The notes under the pieces were generated by a model. That model made no database searches, was not told the origin of the DNA, and saw only the letters and a program-made list of their open reading frames with translations. Positions 60,048 to 64,000 of a stretch of 64,000 nt of DNA are shown piece by piece. The stretch is from an uncultured bacterium. Its GTDB lineage: Bacteria > Zhuqueibacterota > QNDG01 > DTFT01. Both the position numbers and the translations under genes were made by a program. Where the stretch lies: NCBI GenBank assembly GCA_963736115.1, contig CAVTNR010000009.1, positions 96,001 through 160,000 of the forward strand. Reading direction: 5' to 3'. Each line of letters begins with the position of its first letter. Positions within the stretch are counted from its first letter, which is position 1.

Positions 60048-60089
60048 TCCCCGCGCACGTGTTTTTTCATCCGCGCCAGCGGACGGGGG
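60048..60089. repeat. CCCCGCGCACGCGGGG-type hairpin interrupted by a 24-nt insert (60060-60083)
   Basis: tccccgcgcacg[tgttttttcatccgcgccagcgga]cggggg; insert matches 6290-6314 except for one base. Confidence 0.7.
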
Positions 60090-60162
60090 CCGGCCGACCC
60101 GGAGGGGGGGGCGGTTGGAAACGCGGTCAGGCACCGCCGGACCGGAAAGAGAGGAGACTCCT

Positions 60163-61884
60163 TTGACGCCAATTGAAAAGAAAACGCTCCCGGCCATGCT
60201 CCGGCGGACCATCGAGACTCACGGTGACAGACCCGCCGTATCGTGGGTTGGGGGCGAGCCGGTGACCTACCGTGAATTCGGCCGGCGTGTCGGGGCTTTG
60301 TCGGCCGGGCTCTCGGCCCTGGGCGTGTCCGCCGGGGACCGCGTCGCCATCCTTTCGGAGAACAGGCCCGAATGGGGCATCGCCCATTTTGCCGTCACCT
60401 CGCTCGGCGCGATTGCGGTTCCCATCCTTCCCGACTTCCATACTGAAGAAATTCGGACCATCCTGGCGCATTCCGAGGCCAAAATCCTGATCGTCTCCCA
60501 GCGCCAGTACGCCAAAGCCGAGGGCGACGGCGGCATATCATGCCCGATCCGCATCCGGATGGAGGGATTTGTGCGCATTCCGGACGGATCGACCGCGGAG
60601 GCGATTTCGAATCTGCCCGATTCGGGAGGGCTGGACCGGACGCCGGACGGCGCTCCTGACGACTGGGCCTGGGCTTCCCGGCCGGTCCGGGAGGAGGACA
60701 CGGCCGCCATCATCTACACGTCCGGCACCACCGGGCATTCCAAGGGCGTGGTGCTGACGCACCGGAACTTCGTCTTCGACACCTTGGCCACGCTCGAGAT
60801 CCAGCGCGTCACGGAGGTCGACCGGTTTATCTCCATCCTGCCCCTCTCCCACTGCTACGAATTCACCATCGGATTTCTGATCCCCGTGGCCAAGGGCGCC
60901 TGCGTGTACTACCTGGACAAGCCTCCGGTGGCGCGCGTGCTGATGCCGGCCCTCGAAGCCGTCCGGCCCACGGTCATGCTCACCGTTCCCCTGATCATGG
61001 AGAAGGTGTACAAGAACAGCGTTCTGCCCAAGCTTTCGGCCAACGGCTTGATGCGAGGCCTGATGAAGGTGCCGTTCATGCGGCGCCTCCTCCACCGCGC
61101 GGCCGCCCGCAAAGTGTACCGGACGTTCGGCGGAAAACTTCATTTCTACGGCATCGGCGGCGCCAAGGTGTCCGCGGACACGGAACGGTTCCTGCGTGAG
61201 GGGCGCTTCCCCTACGCGATCGGTTACGGCCTCACCGAGACGTCGCCCATGATCGCGGGGTGCACGCCTCGGCTGACCCGTTTCCGCTCCACCGGCCCCG
61301 TCATACCCGGCGTGGAAATCCGCCTCGAGCATCAGGACCCCGAAACCGGGGAGGGGGAGATCTATGCTCGCGGGCCCAATGTCATGACCGGCTATTACCG
61401 CGACCCGGAGCGTACGGCCGAAGTGCTGTCTCCGGACGGCTGGTTCCGGACGGGCGATCTGGGCAAGCTGGACAAGGACGGCTACCTCTACATCATGGGC
61501 CGCGCGAAAAACACCATCATCGGGCCCAACGGCGAGAACATCTACCCCGAGGAAATCGAATCCGTCCTGAACCGGTCGGAGGAAGTGACCGAATCCCTGG
61601 TCTACGAGGACGAAGGGAAGCTGGTCGCGGCCGTGCATCCGAACTACGAATTCCTGCACCGCGAGCTCGAGGCCCTCGGCCTGACGAAAGAGCAGATCAG
61701 CCATGCCGTTCGCGAGAGGCTGGAGGCGATGCGCCACCGGGTCAACGCGAGCATCTCCCGTTTCTCCCGCATCACGCGCATCATCGAACAACCCGAGCCT
61801 TTCGAAAAGACGCCGACCCAGAAAATCAAGCGGTTCCTGTACACGGGGAAGCGCGGCTCGAAGGAAAAGTCGGGCAAATCCTGA
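60163..61884 (+). CDS. Long-chain fatty acid--CoA ligase (AMP-binding)
   Basis: YTSGTTGHSKG, GYGLTETSP, GWFRTGDLG, GENIYPEEIE; TTG start after GAGGAG. Confidence 0.93.
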   Translation: MTPIEKKTLPAMLRRTIETHGDRPAVSWVGGEPVTYREFGRRVGALSAGLSALGVSAGDRVAILSENRPEWGIAHFAVTSLGAIAVPILPDFHTEEIRTILAHSEAKILIVSQRQYAKAEGDGGISCPIRIRMEGFVRIPDGSTAEAISNLPDSGGLDRTPDGAPDDWAWASRPVREEDTAAIIYTSGTTGHSKGVVLTHRNFVFDTLATLEIQRVTEVDRFISILPLSHCYEFTIGFLIPVAKGACVYYLDKPPVARVLMPALEAVRPTVMLTVPLIMEKVYKNSVLPKLSANGLMRGLMKVPFMRRLLHRAAARKVYRTFGGKLHFYGIGGAKVSADTERFLREGRFPYAIGYGLTETSPMIAGCTPRLTRFRSTGPVIPGVEIRLEHQDPETGEGEIYARGPNVMTGYYRDPERTAEVLSPDGWFRTGDLGKLDKDGYLYIMGRAKNTIIGPNGENIYPEEIESVLNRSEEVTESLVYEDEGKLVAAVHPNYEFLHRELEALGLTKEQISHAVRERLEAMRHRVNASISRFSRITRIIEQPEPFEKTPTQKIKRFLYTGKRGSKEKSGKS

Positions 61885-62054
61885 CGAGGCATCTCGCAAA
61901 GCCCGCAGCGAAACGGTCAGGACCGTCTCTCTGAGCCCCGCTTCCCCGCTTCCCTGCGGGGTCGTGAGGGTCGGGGGAAGGGCTTGTCGCCCGAAGGGCG
62001 ATTCGCTCCCGAAGAGCCTTGCCGCGGAACACCGGGATGATGAAAGGGATCGTC

Positions 62055-64000
62055 ATGAAAAGGATTCTGCTCTTCACGCTGATTCTCACCGCAGCCTCGG
62101 CTCCCGGCCGCGATCTTCCCTTCCACAGGGGCGTGAATCTCGCGGACTGGTTCCAGCGGTCCTCGGCAAGGGAAATCCACATCAACCGCTTCACGCAGGA
62201 CGACTTCCATGCCATCCGGAGCCTGGGATGCGACCATGTGCGCCTGCCGGTTGATCTGCTGAACATGGCGGGACCGGCGCCCGGGTATGAACTGGATCCC
62301 CTGTTCCTGCAATTTCTCGGACTCGCGCTGGACCGGGCCGAAGCGGCCGGACTCTGCCTCATCATCGACAATCACACCTTCGACCCGGCCGTGGCAACGG
62401 ATCCCGCCATTGAACCGGTTCTCCTCGCGTCCTGGACGCAGGTCGCCAGGCATTTCCGGAACCGGTCCGGACTCGTGTTCTACGAGGTGCAGAACGAGCC
62501 GCACGGGATTACGGACTCGGCGTGGAACGCCATCCAGGGGCGGATCATCACAGCCATCCGGCTGGAGGATACGTTCCACACCATCGTGGTCGGCGGAGCG
62601 GGATGGAACAGTTACAACAACCTGGCCTTGATGCCCGTTTATCCGGACACCAATCTCATCTACACCTTCCACTTCTATGATCCTTTCCTGTTCACGCACC
62701 AGGGCGCATCCTGGACGGATCCGTCTGGCGCGGACCTCGCCGGCATTCCCTATCCCTATGACGCGGCCCGCATGCCGGCCCTTCCCTTATCCCTGAAGGG
62801 GACATGGTGGCAGGGCACCTACAACGACTATCCGGGCCAGGGGAACGCGTCCTATATCCGGTCCCTGCTGAATATCGCAGTCCGCTTCAAGAATCAGCGG
62901 AACGTGCCGCTTTGGTGCGGCGAACTGGGGGCCTACCAGATCCATTCGACCTCCGCGGACCGCGCCGCCTGGTTGTCGGATGTACGCACCTGCCTGGAGG
63001 AAAACGGCATCGCATGGTCGCTCTGGGATTACGCCGGCAGTTTCGGGCTGTTCGAGCCCGGAACGGTTGGAAACGTGGAGACGGATGTGGATACGGCAGC
63101 GGCCGCGGCGCTCGGGCTCACGCCTCCGGTTCAGCGGGAACCGGTTTCGGAGCCGATCACCCGGGGATTCACGCTGTACGACGACTTTATCGCGGCCGGC
63201 ATTCTGAACGCGGGCTGGCACAACGAGGGGACCGCGAACTGGTACCATGAAACCGATCCCCGAGAGGGATCCTATTGCCTTCTAATCTCGGATTTCGAGC
63301 AGTACGGAAACGTGTCCCTGCGTTTTTCCGCGCCGACGGACCTGTCGTTGCTTGTGGAACAGGGTTTCGAACTGGACTTTTGGGCTAGATGCGTTGGTCC
63401 GGAGGCGCGTCTCGACATTCGTTTCGAGGATACGAAAACACAGGATCCCGAGGACCACCCCTGGCGGATCCGGACCACGCTCGACCCGTCCGTTACGGAC
63501 TGGGACGGGGAATGGCATCGCATCCGCATTCCGCTCGATGACTTCGCGGAGCACGGCTCATGGGACAACAATCAATGGTACAATCCGGAGGGGCTTTTCG
63601 ACTGGACTGCGGTGGACAGGATTTCCATTGTCGCGGAATACGGACCGCTGGAGGGGGTTGAACTCTATCTGGACGACATACGAATTTCGGATCCGAACGC
63701 GGAAGCCGTGGACGGCGCACCGGTCATTCCGGAACGCTTCGGACTGCTTCCGAATTACCCCAATCCCTTCAATCCTTCCACCATTCTGCGCTTCGAAGTC
63801 GGTAATCCGGGCCGTGCGGTCATCTCCGTATTCGACCTGAAAGGGACTGAGCTGTTCCGGATGGAACGGATGATTGCGGCGCCCGGAGTTCAGAAGGCGG
63901 AATGGAACGCCTGCGATCGCAATGGCAGGCCTCTTCCTTCCGGAATTTACATCTGCCGCCTCGAAAGTTCCGGCCGCACCGCCAGCCGAAGAATGGTGTT
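62055..64000 (+). CDS. Glycoside hydrolase family 5 with CBM-like domain and C-terminal T9SS type A/FlgD-Ig domain (runs off the window end; absent from the ORF track)
   Basis: Own translation: MKRILLF signal, RGVNLADWF, DHVRLP, YEVQNEP (acid/base), YTFHFY, WCGELG (nucleophile), NYPNPFNP...SGIY in the same frame. Confidence 0.9.
   Translation, partial: MKRILLFTLILTAASAPGRDLPFHRGVNLADWFQRSSAREIHINRFTQDDFHAIRSLGCDHVRLPVDLLNMAGPAPGYELDPLFLQFLGLALDRAEAAGLCLIIDNHTFDPAVATDPAIEPVLLASWTQVARHFRNRSGLVFYEVQNEPHGITDSAWNAIQGRIITAIRLEDTFHTIVVGGAGWNSYNNLALMPVYPDTNLIYTFHFYDPFLFTHQGASWTDPSGADLAGIPYPYDAARMPALPLSLKGTWWQGTYNDYPGQGNASYIRSLLNIAVRFKNQRNVPLWCGELGAYQIHSTSADRAAWLSDVRTCLEENGIAWSLWDYAGSFGLFEPGTVGNVETDVDTAAAAALGLTPPVQREPVSEPITRGFTLYDDFIAAGILNAGWHNEGTANWYHETDPREGSYCLLISDFEQYGNVSLRFSAPTDLSLLVEQGFELDFWARCVGPEARLDIRFEDTKTQDPEDHPWRIRTTLDPSVTDWDGEWHRIRIPLDDFAEHGSWDNNQWYNPEGLFDWTAVDRISIVAEYGPLEGVELYLDDIRISDPNAEAVDGAPVIPERFGLLPNYPNPFNPSTILRFEVGNPGRAVISVFDLKGTELFRMERMIAAPGVQKAEWNACDRNGRPLPSGIYICRLESSGRTASRRMV

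Noticed and set aside
60104-60111. G8 tract as a phase-variation switch
   Set aside because: Intergenic, upstream of the likely TTG start at 60163, not within a recognisable promoter, and unremarkable at this GC content.

Overview
GC-rich bacterial chromosomal window, probably from an FCB-superphylum lineage such as KSB1, Latescibacterota or Calditrichota. This is inferred from secreted proteins with T9SS-type-A/FlgD-Ig C-termini, a GWxTD-like protein and efp-accB-accC-gcvH synteny. Most of it is housekeeping and envelope genes: carB (split by four single-base indels), uppP, thrC-apgM-citrate synthase-aminotransferase, tRNA-fMet, smc, cellobiose 2-epimerase, a YchF-like paralog, rsmE, an Omp85/FG-GAP/TPR-redoxin/Ppx cluster, glmM, an ABC-2 exporter, argH, a TonB-dependent receptor, efp/accB/accC/gcvH, an acyl-CoA synthetase and a GH5. 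An AT-richer block at about 14.1-22.4 kb encodes a GIY-YIG nuclease, an uncharacterised outer-membrane operon, a GH31 and an AraC regulator. The most striking signal is non-coding. Five copies of a 50-155 bp double-hairpin element are present, two of them inserted in one GNAT gene. Two kinds of 24-46 nt structured micro-inserts sit inside the hairpins of other palindromic repeats (nested repeats). There are also several REP families and 7-bp tandem arrays. I saw no CRISPR array, integrase, transposase, reverse transcriptase or rRNA.
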